Positions 40,623 to 52,110 of a DNA stretch of 64,000 bases are shown here, one piece after another; the stretch's first letter is position 1; every line of letters begins with the position of its first letter. Made by a program: the position numbers and the translations under genes. The notes beneath the pieces were generated by a model, which was given only the letters and a program-made list of their open reading frames with translations, was not told the origin of the DNA and searched no databases. The stretch lies in NCBI RefSeq assembly GCF_006345805.1, contig NC_042997.1:187488001-187552000 (forward strand), read 5' to 3'. The DNA comes from Octopus sinensis. Its lineage: Eukaryota.

Positions 40623-41914
40623 CGAGGGTCAGCTGAAAAGTTCATAGCCCGACTAAGATACTTGCATGGAATGTAACCAAATGAGGTTTATTTTTTCAAT
40701 ATAGCCCCTCTTGCAGTCCACATGCTTCTTCCATTGGTGTTGCAGTCCATTGCTTGGATTCCATTAGCAAAGAAGATTTCATCTTATTGATAAAAAATCA
40801 TCAGCCGCAGACATGACACCATTATCACTGCAATACTGGTTCCCAACCAAGTGTTTTTTCATATCGGGAGACAGATGATAGTCAGATGAGGCCAAATCAG
40901 GAGAAAATGGACAGTGATCAATTAATTCAAAACCACAGTCATGCACAGCAGTCACTGAAACCAAGGACTTATGTACTGGAGCATTGTCCCTATGAAACAA
41001 ACTTCTTTCGTCAGTTTTCCAAGGTGTTTGGTCTTGATAGTCTTTCATAACTGCCTCAGCAAGTTGGCATAGTACTTACCATTGATGGTGTAGCCCTTTT
41101 GAAGATAGTCAATAAACACAATACCTTTTAAATCCCCAAAGCAGAGGCTATCACCTTCCTTGCAGAAAAAAAAAAAACCTTGGCCTTCTTTGGAGCAGTT
41201 GACTTGGCCTTCTTTGGAGCAGTTGACTTGGCCTTCTTTGGAGCAGTTGAGTTGGGTGATTCCACTGCATGGATTGTCTTTTTGTCTCTGGCTCAAAGTG
41301 ATGCAGTCAACACTCATCTTGAGTTAGGAAATGTTCACAGAAAGTAGCTGGATCTGTCTCAAGCAATATCTGAATTTCCCATGATGTGATTAGCCTGGTA
41401 AACTTTTGATCAGGTGTCAGAAACCTTCGTCATGCCAAGTTCATTGTGTAGGATATTTTCAACTCTCTCATGAGATGTACAATAGCATCGGCTATTTGAC
41501 TTATAACCAGTCACTTGTCATTCATCACAATGTGGTGAATATGATCGATGTTTTCCTTGGTGGTGGCAGTTGCAGGATGTCTAGACCTTGGGTCATCTTT
41601 AAGACTCTCCATTCCTAAATTCAGCTGCCCACTTTTGCACTGTTGATGAAGCTGGAGAGTCATCCCCTAATGTAGCAGTCATGTCAGCATAAATATCAAT
41701 AGGGGCTAAACCCAGTTTCTGTAGGGACTTGATAGCACCACGATTCCAGATTTTGTCGCTCCTAGTTACATTTGAAGTCTTCTTTGAACAGTCAGATGTC
41801 AGTTTACCTCAAAAGATACAATTCAGTTATAAGTTGAAATTAATGCATGCAAGTTTGTACAGCTCTGGCATCACTCCTTCTTAGTCAGCCTATGAACTTT
41901 TCAACCCACCCTTG
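40623..41914 (-). mobile_element. Full-length dead mariner (Tc1/mariner) element, irritans-like TIRs
   Basis: TA|cgagggtcagctgaaaagttcatag ... ctatgaacttttcaacccacccttg|TA; 1292 bp. Transposase remnants W...F..G.ESL.DDPRS, HHFEPETKRQSMQW, KGIVFIDYLQKG.TING.YYANLL, DNAPVH, SPDLASSDY. Confidence 0.95.
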
Positions 41915-41957
41915 TAACTGAGACAGGCTTATAGAAGGTATTTATTATGGCTTTGAG

Positions 41958-42273
41958 CAGAGGTTCTCAACTATTTTTTATCTATGGACTCTTTTGATTA
42001 CTCTTATTCTGGTGGACCCCCATAGCCATTTGATGTCTAAAAACTAGTTTTATTGATACTTCTTTCAAAATCCCTATTGTGTTTATCTCACATTCACTTA
42101 TTCAGCCTGGACTATGTGAAACATTAAAGAAAGATACCTAACTGTTTCTTGTTATAAATACATCTAAAGTAAAAGTTTTTCATGGACCCATAAAATACTG
42201 TTGTGGCCCTAATTTACTATTTTGCTTATGTAGACCACCCCAAAACCTTATAGACCCTGGTTGAGAACCACTG
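41958..42273 (-). mobile_element. hAT-Charlie-type MITE, reverse orientation, older copy
   Basis: cagaggttctcaac ... ggttgagaaccactg TIRs; body is the reverse complement of 42573-42921; TSD not preserved. Confidence 0.8.
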
Positions 42274-42572
42274 AAGAAGAAAGGAAAAGTCTGACCCTCT
42301 TCAGCATCTTTATGGGTTGTAGGAAGAAGAAAGGAAATTGTCCTTAGATTGAAGACCTGGCCTAAATGCTTGCAATGGAGTTGACTTTGCTAAGGGTGCT
42401 GAAGGAACGAGTGGTGGTGTTAAGATACTGATGTTTTTATAACACTAAAACCAACCTAAATCAATCAGTATATTTAAATGTATACTAAGATTTCATACTA
42501 ATGCCTGGATAAGTACCAGCAATTCTTAGCAAGCAGTTAAATATAGATAATAATGGAGTAATTCCTCTACAT

Positions 42573-42921
42573 CAGTGGTTCACAAGTGGGGTCCATATGG
42601 CCCTTGAGGGTCCATATAAAATTTTGGGGAGTCCATGCAACAAAAGAGTAAATTGGGGATCCACAATAGTATTTTAAGGGCCCCTGAAAAAATTTTGCTT
42701 TAGATGTGTGTATTGGTATGCATTGCAAGAAACAGCTAGGTTTCTTTCTCTGACATTTTACGTAGTTCAACCTACATAAGTTAATGTGTGAAAAACAAAA
42801 TAGAAACTTTGAAAGAAGTTTCTATAAAACTATATTTTAAACAATGAATGGCTATGAGGGTCTACTAGAACAAAATAGCAATCAAAGGGGTCCATAGGTA
42901 AAGATTGGTTGAGAACCCCTG
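42573..42921 (+). mobile_element. hAT-Charlie-type MITE, uninterrupted
   Basis: cagtggttcacaa ... ttgagaacccctg, exact 8-bp TSD CTCTACAT (42565-42572, 42922-42929). Confidence 0.93.
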
Positions 42922-43379
42922 CTCTACATAGTTGCAGATAATAGACTCTCAACTCTTACCTCGAGTAGTTTATTCTCCTTGCACATAAAATTGTGAATTA
43001 CATTTCTGTTTTTATTTTCTCATCTTCAATTTCACACACCTTAACATCTACATTAATATGTTAAACAATGTATATTTATGATGGTAGTGTCTCTTCATGC
43101 TTGGAATTTGAGTTACAGCCACTCTAAGTGTGTGTGTTTGTGTATACACTGATATACAGAAGGGTATATAACATTTGTTTTAGAATATGCTCAGTGATTT
43201 AGATTCCTTTTTATCCTTTTATATGTAGTGAATACAACTAAGATTGGTATTATCAGTTTATTACAGCTAACACGAATGACAATAAGTTTTTTTGTGTTTC
43301 TTTTTTTAATTCACACTTTATATAAACTAATAAAAGTTACTCTTCAATAAATTACTTATAAGAGGTCATCTTTATTACT

Positions 43380-43591
43380 TTCTTTCTTTGTGCCTTTAAC
43401 CCTCTAACGCGGAGTATACGCCACCTATGGTTGAATTCCATGTCACATAATTTTTGGCTTCTGTACTTATACTCTGCCATGAATGTTCCCCTTTCTCTAG
43501 TTCCTTTTGTGTTGATCTCTGCCACGAGTTCTTAGGCCTACCTCTCCTTCTATATCCATCTGGTTTCCACTGTAGAGCACTTTTCGCTACA
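43380..43591 (-). mobile_element. 5'-truncated RTE-clade LINE (second family) with TSD
   Basis: Minus strand translates RKVL.QWKPDGYRRRGRPKNSWQRSTQKELEK...GGVYSALEG*, with a (GAAA)-like tail; 9-bp TSD TTTATTACT at 43371-43379 and 43592-43600. Confidence 0.85.
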
Positions 43592-45017
43592 TTTATTACT
43601 GACTATCCTGAATAAATGTTATAAATAAATCATAGTTCTGATTCAGCCTATATTTGTGTCATTTCGGAATTGTCCAATATTATACAAGAGATTTTTGAGC
43701 TACCATATTTATAATGATTTTAGAACTCAAGGTTTATACAACCAACAACCATGTATCTTTTCTTTCAGTTCAAATATTCAGTGTGTAAGCTTCTTATAAA
43801 GTTACAACAAAAGTTTGTCCCTTTGGTTTCCAATATGTCTTTAAAATATAACAATACTGGGAGTGGATTTTATGTTGGTTTACATTATTAAACTTAGATT
43901 ATAACTGAATTCAGCATAATCAATAACTAAAACTGTTAAAAGTATTCAGTAGACTCTTTTTTTCAATCAATGAAAAACATGTTTGTTGTGGATGAATCAG
44001 TGAGTTTTGGATTCAATCATATTCTTGTATTTAGATATTTGGGAAGTACTTTTTCATGTACTTCAAGCAGTACTAAATGATCAAAGAATGAAGAAGTAAT
44101 ATTGCATTTTAGATTGCATTCAGTAAATTTGGAAAACATCTGAAAAATTCTCTCATAAACTTCTTTTTTTTTTTTAATCACAGATGACTATTTTGTCTCT
44201 CATTGCACAAATATTATCAGTTGGTGCTTAGATATTCTTTTCTCACTTCTCTAGCATGATGATTTGTTCTATTTAAATGTTTAAATATATCAAAGATAGC
44301 CAGTTTTTGTGCACCAGTGCTTGTTTTGAATTAAATCACAAAATTTCAGTTTTTTGATTCTGTTGAAAAATTTCAAGCACCATTTTTCTCAGTTTGTATA
44401 TGTGGCAAAATAGTTGACCTCTTGAGATCCAATAAATTTAATAAGCAAACAATTAAACATCATATGACAAGAGTTACTAGATCCCAAATATAATGCACAG
44501 ACAAATATTTGTAAAAAATTTACGAGATTTTTAGCAATCCTCAGTTTGGGGATCTCTGCACTAAGATACTACATTCTCATTCAGTTCCAGTTATGGAACT
44601 CTGATGAATAGCTTACTTTATTGTGTTGTTATAAAAACGCAAATAAACCTTTGTTTTTTTTAAAAAAATAAAGAAAGGAAAAAAAAACAGAAAGTAAGGC
44701 AAGATATGACTGAATTATTTGCTTGAACAAACCAGTGTGTAAAATAAATGTCAGTCTCTATGCAAAAGAGGAACGAATTAATCTTCACATTTATTCTTTA
44801 TTTAAATAATATATTCCTGTCAAAGCAATTTTGTTATTATAGGAGTTTCATAAGTATTAGAACACCCATTAACATTTCAGTATAAATGTTTATTAGTAGA
44901 TTTGAAACAATGAAACAGCAAGCTTGCAATGAGGTACTGAGAGTATTTACATTTAAGAAAGATATTTTGTTAATGCCAAACTTGCTTGGCAATTTGAGGA
45001 CAGCTTTGTTTCATTAA

Positions 45018-45222
45018 CTCTTTAGCATTCAGATTACATTGACTAATGTGATGCTTATTTATTCGCATTGTTTTGAATTAATCTCAGCTTTTAGATTTTG
45101 ATGATGTGATAGTTTATTTTTAGGATGATATAGGGTAGGTGTGAGAGGTCAGACCCTGTCAAATTGAACATAGAACAGATAGAATATTTGGGCCAGATAT
45201 GACCGGTTTAAATGCCAAAAGA
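45018..45222. mobile_element. piggyBac-type MITE (CCCTTTAGCATT subfamily)
   Basis: TTAA ctctttagcattcagatt ... aatgccaaaaga TTAA. Confidence 0.8.
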
Positions 45223-45427
45223 TTAATTTTGAACACTAAAGCTAACAGTGAATCACAAATTGGTAGGGTTCTAACTGAAGGTGAAATTACCTTTTTTTTT
45301 GTACTTGGGTTTCCTCTTAATCATTAGATGATATTGACACTCAATAATGTGGTTATAATGAATTCAGTGTATTTTTTTAGGGGACAATCCTTCTATATTT
45401 CAGTGAGAATTTTGGCTTAGATAAATC

Positions 45428-45552
45428 CAAGATTCCATTATTTCACTTCCAGCACACTGGTTCTCATCCAGTCACCAAAGTTAAGCAATGTCGAGCTTAG
45501 TTAGCACTTAGATGGGTTACCACTTGAAAAACCTTGGTGTTACAAGCGTCTT
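45428..45552 (+). pseudogene. 5S rRNA pseudogene or 5S-derived SINE head
   Basis: acactggttctcatccagtcaccaaagttaagcaatgtcgagcttagttagcacttagatgggttacc follows the invertebrate 5S sequence (recalled: ACACCGGTTCTCGTCCGATCACCGAAGTTAAGCAACGTCGAGC..GGTTAGTACTTGGATGGGTGACC); differences are largely CpG-decay transitions; ends with a T run. Confidence 0.85.
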
Positions 45553-45895
45553 TCCTAAAGTACTCCGAAAGTTTCTCTATATAAACTAATAAAAGTTACT
45601 CTTCAATAAATTACTTATAAAAGGTCATATTTATTACTGACTACCTTGAATAAATGTTATAAATAAATCATAATTCTGATTTAGCTTATATTGGTGTCAT
45701 TTCTGAATTTTATACAGATCTTCATAGCATTATTGCTGTTATATTTTCCATTTTGTCCCACAGTTGAGATTGCTTAAAACATAACATTCAAACATGTTTC
45801 TTTCAATTTAATTTTATAGTCAAGATTTTATATATAGAGATTTGCTTAAAGCATAACACCTGAACACATGAATGTTGTAACATGTAGAATAATAT

Positions 45896-46005
45896 TACTA
45901 ATTACTTTGAAATATTACATATCTTCAATAATTACAGAAACTGCCAGAAGTACTAATTACTTTGAAATATTACATATTTTCAATAATTACAGAAACTGCC
46001 AGAAG
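45896..46005. repeat. 55-bp tandem duplication (2 copies, 1 mismatch)
   Basis: tactaattactttgaaatattacatat(c/t)ttcaataattacagaaactgccagaag x2. Confidence 0.95.
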
Positions 46006-46788
46006 CTATCTACTTATCCTCCATTATACTAAATAATAAAACAAAATAAATTTTTATTTTAAAACATAAAATACAAACATTTATGCACCCCATTTCTGTA
46101 AAGCTACACTCAGTGACTTGTGCTAACACATTAAACAAATCTATTTGTTTATTAACAGAAGTTTTACTACAAAAGTTCTTGAGAAGCAACAAACTATTGC
46201 ATTTATCTCAGTTGATTGCTCATCTCTGTTCAGTGAATTCTACTGTGAAATCCAGCAGCTTCATGCTTCTAACAAGTTTTAGTTTTAATTTGCCTGAGTC
46301 ATTACTGTATGATTAGTAATGTTTTGGCATACAATTGTAGTTGTTCATTATTGGCATAGACACTCGTCAAAATCAAAATAAACTTTTGTGATAGTTTGAT
46401 ATTCTGCAAACCTCATTATTTGGAAATTCATCCCATTGCCTCAGTACTATGCATACTTTTTGATATTGCATTTATTGCAATCATTTCTTTTTCTCTCAAA
46501 TTAATCAATAATATATTATCTGCTTTATATTGACATATACTTAAAACATTTATGAATGTTCAGAGTAAACATAAATTCCATTGCTACTACCAAATGAAAA
46601 ACAACCACATACATGAATTGTATACTATTTCTGATATATATTGTCTAACCCCAGTTATACTTCACTTGTTACACTTCTTGATAGGTAAACCTAAAGTTTA
46701 GTATAATCAAGTATATATTCAAATGTAGATTAGTTTCTAAATAGCAATAATTTACACACACACACACACACACATACATACATATATC

Positions 46789-46928
46789 TCATCATCATTG
46801 TTTAATGTCCGCTTTCCATGCTAGCACGGGTTGGATGATTTGACTGAGGACTGGCGAACCAGATGGCTGCACCAGGCTCCACTCTAGACGTGGCAATTTC
46901 TACAGCTGGATGCCCTTCCTAATGCCAA
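46789..46928 (-). mobile_element. RTE-type LINE 3' end, short, with AT-repeat TSD
   Basis: (CAT)n tail to ...cctaatgccaac; CATATAT on both flanks (46781-46787, 46929-46935). Confidence 0.85.
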
Positions 46929-48171
46929 CATATATATGGAAATTAATTTTATATTCATTCTAACATAATTAAAATGTACCAAAGTAGTTTTCTATGCAGA
47001 AACAAATTCTCTTAATGCTGGGGAACAATTTTTCTTAAATAACTTCTTCAAAAGAAAATTTTCAAATTAAACATCAGTAGTATAAAAATTTACTATCATT
47101 GTGAAAGTAGTACTTAAAAGATTAATAACTTCTTAGCTTAAATTTGCCTGGCTGTGAAATGGTGCGTGTCATTTGGTCTTTAATAGGAAATCTATATCTT
47201 ATAACTGAATCACCATAAAATATAATGGAAGGTTTTTCAGTTATCAGTTGTATGATACATTATGTATTCTTTATAATTCATTATTTTCTAGCATTGCTTA
47301 ATGATAGCTGCCAATTTAGCTGGAAATAATCTATTTTGTCTTTGAAAGATTTTCAGCTAGCCAGTATCATTCTTCTACTATATTGTAATGAAAAATCCTG
47401 TGTAACATGATTTTTGACCTTGGGTAGCTACTGTTATCTCCTATTTGTTTACCCCTAGAAAGTGTGAAAAATGGCTAATATTTCCTTCAAACTTCGTTTT
47501 TGTTACATTTATCCAAACCCCAAAGAATTCCTCTCAACACATGGCTATGATGCTCCCTCACTAAGGGACATACTCAAGTGGTCAAAGCCAAGTAACTGAC
47601 AAGTTTGTGATATTGAGCAGTATATTTGCAATAAAGATATTCCTGTTCCAGCTTCTGGATGCTGAATCTGTCTGAAATGTAATGGAAAATAGGCCAGTTT
47701 CAAAACATTGATGTCCAGGTCACAAAAGCAAAGTTTGAAGGAAACAGTTTTCATTTCCTTTGATTTTTAAATAGAAGCAAATTGGAGGTAATACTTACTG
47801 ATCAAAGACCAAAAACAGATAAATAAATAAAAAATTTTGTCACAGTGTAAATCCACTGTAAAACCAACCATTATCACTTTTGTTCTGGAAATTTGTTAAA
47901 AGCAAAAGTATGAAGGCAGTAAAAGACAATTTTGTTATCAGAAATGTTAAAGGAATTCTAAAGCAATATTTACAAAACTTGTGAGACCCCCACTAGTAAC
48001 AACTGAAGAAATATGAATGTAATTTTGGTTTCAGGTGTACATGTAGATTTTCCTCTGCATGTGTATGAAATATATGTGGATCACATTTATTTGTTTTTGT
48101 AATACAGAATGCTTTGAAGAAAAATAAATGAATGCATTTCTAAATAAAGGTTATTAATCTGCTTTTTCCAG

Positions 48172-48319
48172 GTATTCCGTGGAAATCAAAATACTTATCG
48201 AGCTGAACTGCGTGGCGTTTCACCACCAATCATTGCAAAGCGCATTCGCTTCATTCCATATAGTGAACACCCTCGCACAGTGTGTATGCGGGTAGAAATG
48301 TATGGCTGCCAGTGGGCCG
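48172..48319 (+). CDS. DDR: Discoidin domain receptor, internal exon C (end of DS domain, 148 nt, phase 0-1)
   Basis: Acceptor gctttttccag|G, donor GCCG|gtatgt. Translates VFRGNQNTYRAELRGVSPPIIAKRIRFIPYSEHPRTVCMRVEMYGCQWA(D), with the hallmark PPI.A..RFIP and CMRVE.YGC.W motifs. Confidence 0.97.
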
Positions 48320-48346
48320 GTATGTATCAAGAACATTTTTATTTAA

Positions 48347-48951
48347 CCCTTTTAATACCCACCCAAAGACTTAACTGTATTAAGTATATGTTTAGGAGTT
48401 AAAATCTTCATCAAAATCTCTTTACAATATCAATTGGTATCAGAGATATACTTACACATATATTGAAATTTTACAAAAATAATTTCTTAAATTATCCAAA
48501 ACCTTGATTATATTGAAAAATATTTGAAACAGAGGCGTAGGAGTGGCTGTGTGGTATGTAGCTTGCTTACCAACCACATGGTTCCAGGTTCAGTCCCACT
48601 GCATGGTACCTTGAGCAAGTGTCTTCCACTATAGCCTCGGGCTGACCAAAGAAAGCCTTGTGCATGGATTTGGTAGACAGAAACTGAAAGAAGCCCGTCG
48701 TATATATGTGTATGTATATGTTTGTGTGTCTGTGTTTGTCCCCCCAACATCGCTTGACAACCAATGCTGGTGTGTTTACGTCCCCGTAATTTAGCGGTCT
48801 GACAGAAGAGACTGATAGAATAATTACTAGGCTTACAAAGAATAAGTCCTGGGGTCGATGTGCTCGACTAAAGGCAGTGCTCCAGCATGGCCACAGTCAA
48901 ATGACTGAAACAAGTAAAAGAGTCAAAAAGAGACATTATTTCAGAAAAGGG
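48347..48951. mobile_element. piggyBac-type MITE interrupted by a SINE1 copy
   Basis: TTAA cccttttaatac at 48343; right end cagaaaaggg-ctaa at 48951; SINE1 sits between. Confidence 0.6.
48534..48925 (+). mobile_element. SINE family 1, full length
   Basis: ggcgtaggagtggctgtgtggt head through aaatgactgaaacaagtaaaagagt tail. Confidence 0.9.
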
Positions 48952-49841
48952 CTAAAATATATTTTTGATAATTAAAAAATCTTTCTTTTCTACTTTAAAC
49001 CATTTACTTTTTCTTACTTTTCTCTTCTCCCTTAGTTTTATTTTCTCTTTCCGCCTTTATTTATGGTCCTTTGGCCTGCCAGACTTCTCCAGATCACTTT
49101 CTTTACTTGTGCTAATAATTTCAAAAGAGTAATCCAAACGGGTCAAATAAGGTCCCAAGATAACATAGAATAAGTAAGTAGAGTTGTTGACTTAAACACA
49201 ACAGCTGGTTGAAAGCTACAAAGTTAGGATTTGTGGGTGTTGAATTTACTCTTTTGAGAGTAGGTGGGCTAGTGATGGGCAATAAAACTTAGTTGGCTGA
49301 GATTGTCTCTGTAGGAGTTGTGCCACTGCCCACCTGCTGCCTATTGTATTCAGTGGTACCAAGACAAAGATGGTGTCAAGTAACAGGAACGTTGACAATT
49401 GATGTCTATCAGGGATTAGATTTCAACAGTGTGAGATCCCCAAGGAAACCTCTATTTTTTAGTGCTATAGGTTTATACATTCATTATATTTTCTCACACT
49501 TTATCCACAAACTTATCTAAACTTTTTTCTCACCTCCTCCTCTTTCTCTCATCACCCCCATATTACCTTTTTAATACAATGTAGTCACAATCTGTTATAA
49601 CTGCTGACATATATAAAACTTTGAAGGACACTTAAACAAGCCTAAGAAGCTGTTCTTAGTTGTTCAGTTTTGAACTCTGACATATTTAAGAGAGAACACT
49701 AAACAACAAAAATGTTAAGCTCAGCCATTGAGACACCCATTATTGTTTTACCACTGATTTAGTTTACCCTAACTATTTGATTCTCTATCTGCAATATTCC
49801 GTTTATATTTTACCCCTGTCTTAAGAAATAAATGCAAATAT

Positions 49842-50249
49842 GGGATCTTTTCAGTTTGAACAGCAGTTTTTAACATAATTTCTAGGTAACTAAAAAATTT
49901 TAAACTTCATATACTGGTAAAATGTGTTTATAAAACATCTTTTTCTCTTGGCTTTATTGAGAAAATTCTATAGTTTGTAAGATATTTGTTGTTTTCTTTC
50001 TTCAATTTCTGCAATTTCAACCAATCAATGACGTCCATTGAGGTAAAAAAAAAACATTCTGTGCCGTATGGATATATCCCTCGTTTAAGAAACAGATTAG
50101 GTTTATTTACATTTGTGAAGAAAAAAAATACCCTTCCCCTAACCCTAAAAGAGATTGAAATGCAATAGATCGATACTGGGGTCATAATTATGGGTGACAA
50201 TTTATATGACACTGCTAGAAAAAACTGCCGTTCAAACCGAAAAGATCCC
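49842..50249. mobile_element. MITE with ~30-bp TIRs, superfamily unassigned
   Basis: gggatcttttcagtttgaacagcagttttt ... aaaaactgccgttcaaaccgaaaagatccc; AAATAT on both flanks. Confidence 0.88.
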
Positions 50250-51433
50250 AAATATGTTGTTTAAATTAAAAATAGGTTTAATACTAAAATCATTGATTAA
50301 TTTATCATTTGTTATAGGTGTTCTTATAAAGTATGTGTACTCTGTCTCCAATAATATAAGTATTTAAAAATAAATTACTGACTAGCTATTATTTGTTAAT
50401 TCTTTCTTTGACAATGTACTGCTAATTCTTAAAAAAAGAGGTTTTCAGATTTCCTGTAGTTTACCAGTTTAGTTGGTATAATGATTTAGTGTTAACATAC
50501 TGGAGCTTTATATAACTAACTAAAAATAATTAGGTAATCAGCGAAAAACAACAGTAATCAATGTTTCAGTTTTATCTTGTACTCTTCAGAAAAGCACACA
50601 CTTCGTTATAATTGCTGAAAGAGCAATAAAGCAACCACTAAGTAAAATATATAAGATTTTATATAGTTTGGCATAGAAAAATAGATTTGTTTAATTAAAT
50701 AATTCAGAGATGTCATCTGCATAAAGTCAAGTTATTGTGTTACTTGCCTAAAGATGACAAATGCATGTATAACAAAGACTTTAAATAATAAATCAGTAAG
50801 ATCCAGGTTAGAGTGTATATCTGTATGTGTGCATGCATACAGTAGTTAGCTGCAAAAATTTAAACAATCAGTTCATTTAGCTGCCAAAATGATAATAATT
50901 ATTTTGATGGACAACGAAAATTTTAACTACAGGTTCTGTATAAAAAATTTCAAATTTGTCAGTAAAATAAATTTCATAACATTAGAATAGAATGAAATTT
51001 TGGATCCAAGGTGATGGCCTGCATGAAAAGAATTAGTAAATATAAAGTTTGTTTCTACTGTAAAGTTTATTTGCTATGTGGATTGCAGAATATAACATTT
51101 TGTTATTGGCTCTTATCTAAAGATCAGGAAATTGGTGCTCAGACTAAGGTTGAAGGATTAATTTGGTGGGGAGATGATAGGTAAGAAGGGTGATGTGAGA
51201 TAGTGAGAAACCAAAGAGATGAAGTGAAGAAGGATTAAAAAGCTGGACAAGAAGGTAAATCACAAAACATGGTAGTTGACAGGTTAAGGTACTGGGAGGT
51301 AGTGCAAAGAGAAATTGGACAGGAAAGGTACAATACATCAAACAACCACACATAATTGTAAATAAAGTTGAACATATTTCAGAACGGGGAGAATGGCGAA
51401 AGGTGAGATAAGAACAGAAATAAAAACACACAA

Positions 51434-51645
51434 GGCAGCAAGCTGGCAGAAACATTAGCATGTCAGGTGAAATGCTTAGCGGTATTTCGTCTGCCATTAC
51501 GTTCTGAGTTCAAATTCGACCGAGGTCAACTTTGCCTTTCATCCTTTTGGGGTCAATAAATTAAGTACCAGTTACGCACTGGGGTTGATCTAATTGGCTT
51601 AATCCCTTTTTCCTTGTTTAGCCCCTTGTGGGCAATAAAGAAATA
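51434..51645 (+). mobile_element. SINE family 2 with exact 18-bp TSD
   Basis: AGAAATAAAAACACACAA at 51416-51433 and 51646-51663; tRNA-like head and gcctttcatccttttggggtcaataaa core. Confidence 0.93.
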
Positions 51646-51689
51646 AGAAATAAAAACACACAATTACACATACACACACACATGTAAGT

Positions 51690-52110
51690 GCAGACATGGC
51701 TGTGTGGTTAAGAAGTTTGATTCCCAACTACATGGTTTTGGGTTCAATCCCATTGCATTACAACTTGAGCAAATGTCTTCTACTACAGTCTCGGGTCAAC
51801 CAAAACTTAGTGAGTGAATTTGGTTGACAGAAACTAAAATAAGTCAATCATGGATATATATAGATATATATGTGCATGTGTGTGTTTGTATCCCCTTGCC
51901 TAGATATATCACATGATAGTTATAAATGAGTGTTATTGACATACAAGAGATGTAATTCATTTCCAAAATTCTACAAAAACATGTCTGGTCATGAGGAAAT
52001 ATTGCCTTGCTTGAAAACAGGTGAGGGCACTGAACCATAGAAAATCTGCCTCAATAAACACTGTCCAACCCCTTGCAAGAATGGAAAAATGGGCATTAAA
52101 GTAATGGGGA
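51690..52110 (+). mobile_element. SINE family 1b with RTE-like 3' tail
   Basis: SINE1-type head; ends gtccaaccccttgcaagaatggaaaaatgggcattaaa, resembling the RTE 3' end. Confidence 0.65.

Larger units (their letters stand above)
43720..46470 (-). mobile_element. Heavily decayed hAT (Charlie/Buster-like) transposase, interrupted
   Basis: WISRG at 44431 downwards (hAT WLSRG motif), then with a frameshift DLIQNKHWCTKLA..DIFKHLN, later DHL.LLE...KYFP and EYD*IQN. An N-terminal BED-like remnant is suggested at about 46080-46460. Boundaries approximate. Confidence 0.55.

Noticed and set aside
41179-41250. 24-bp direct repeats as a CRISPR-like array (also the 156-bp repeat)
   Set aside because: Copies are contiguous with no spacers, the context is eukaryotic and there are no cas genes.
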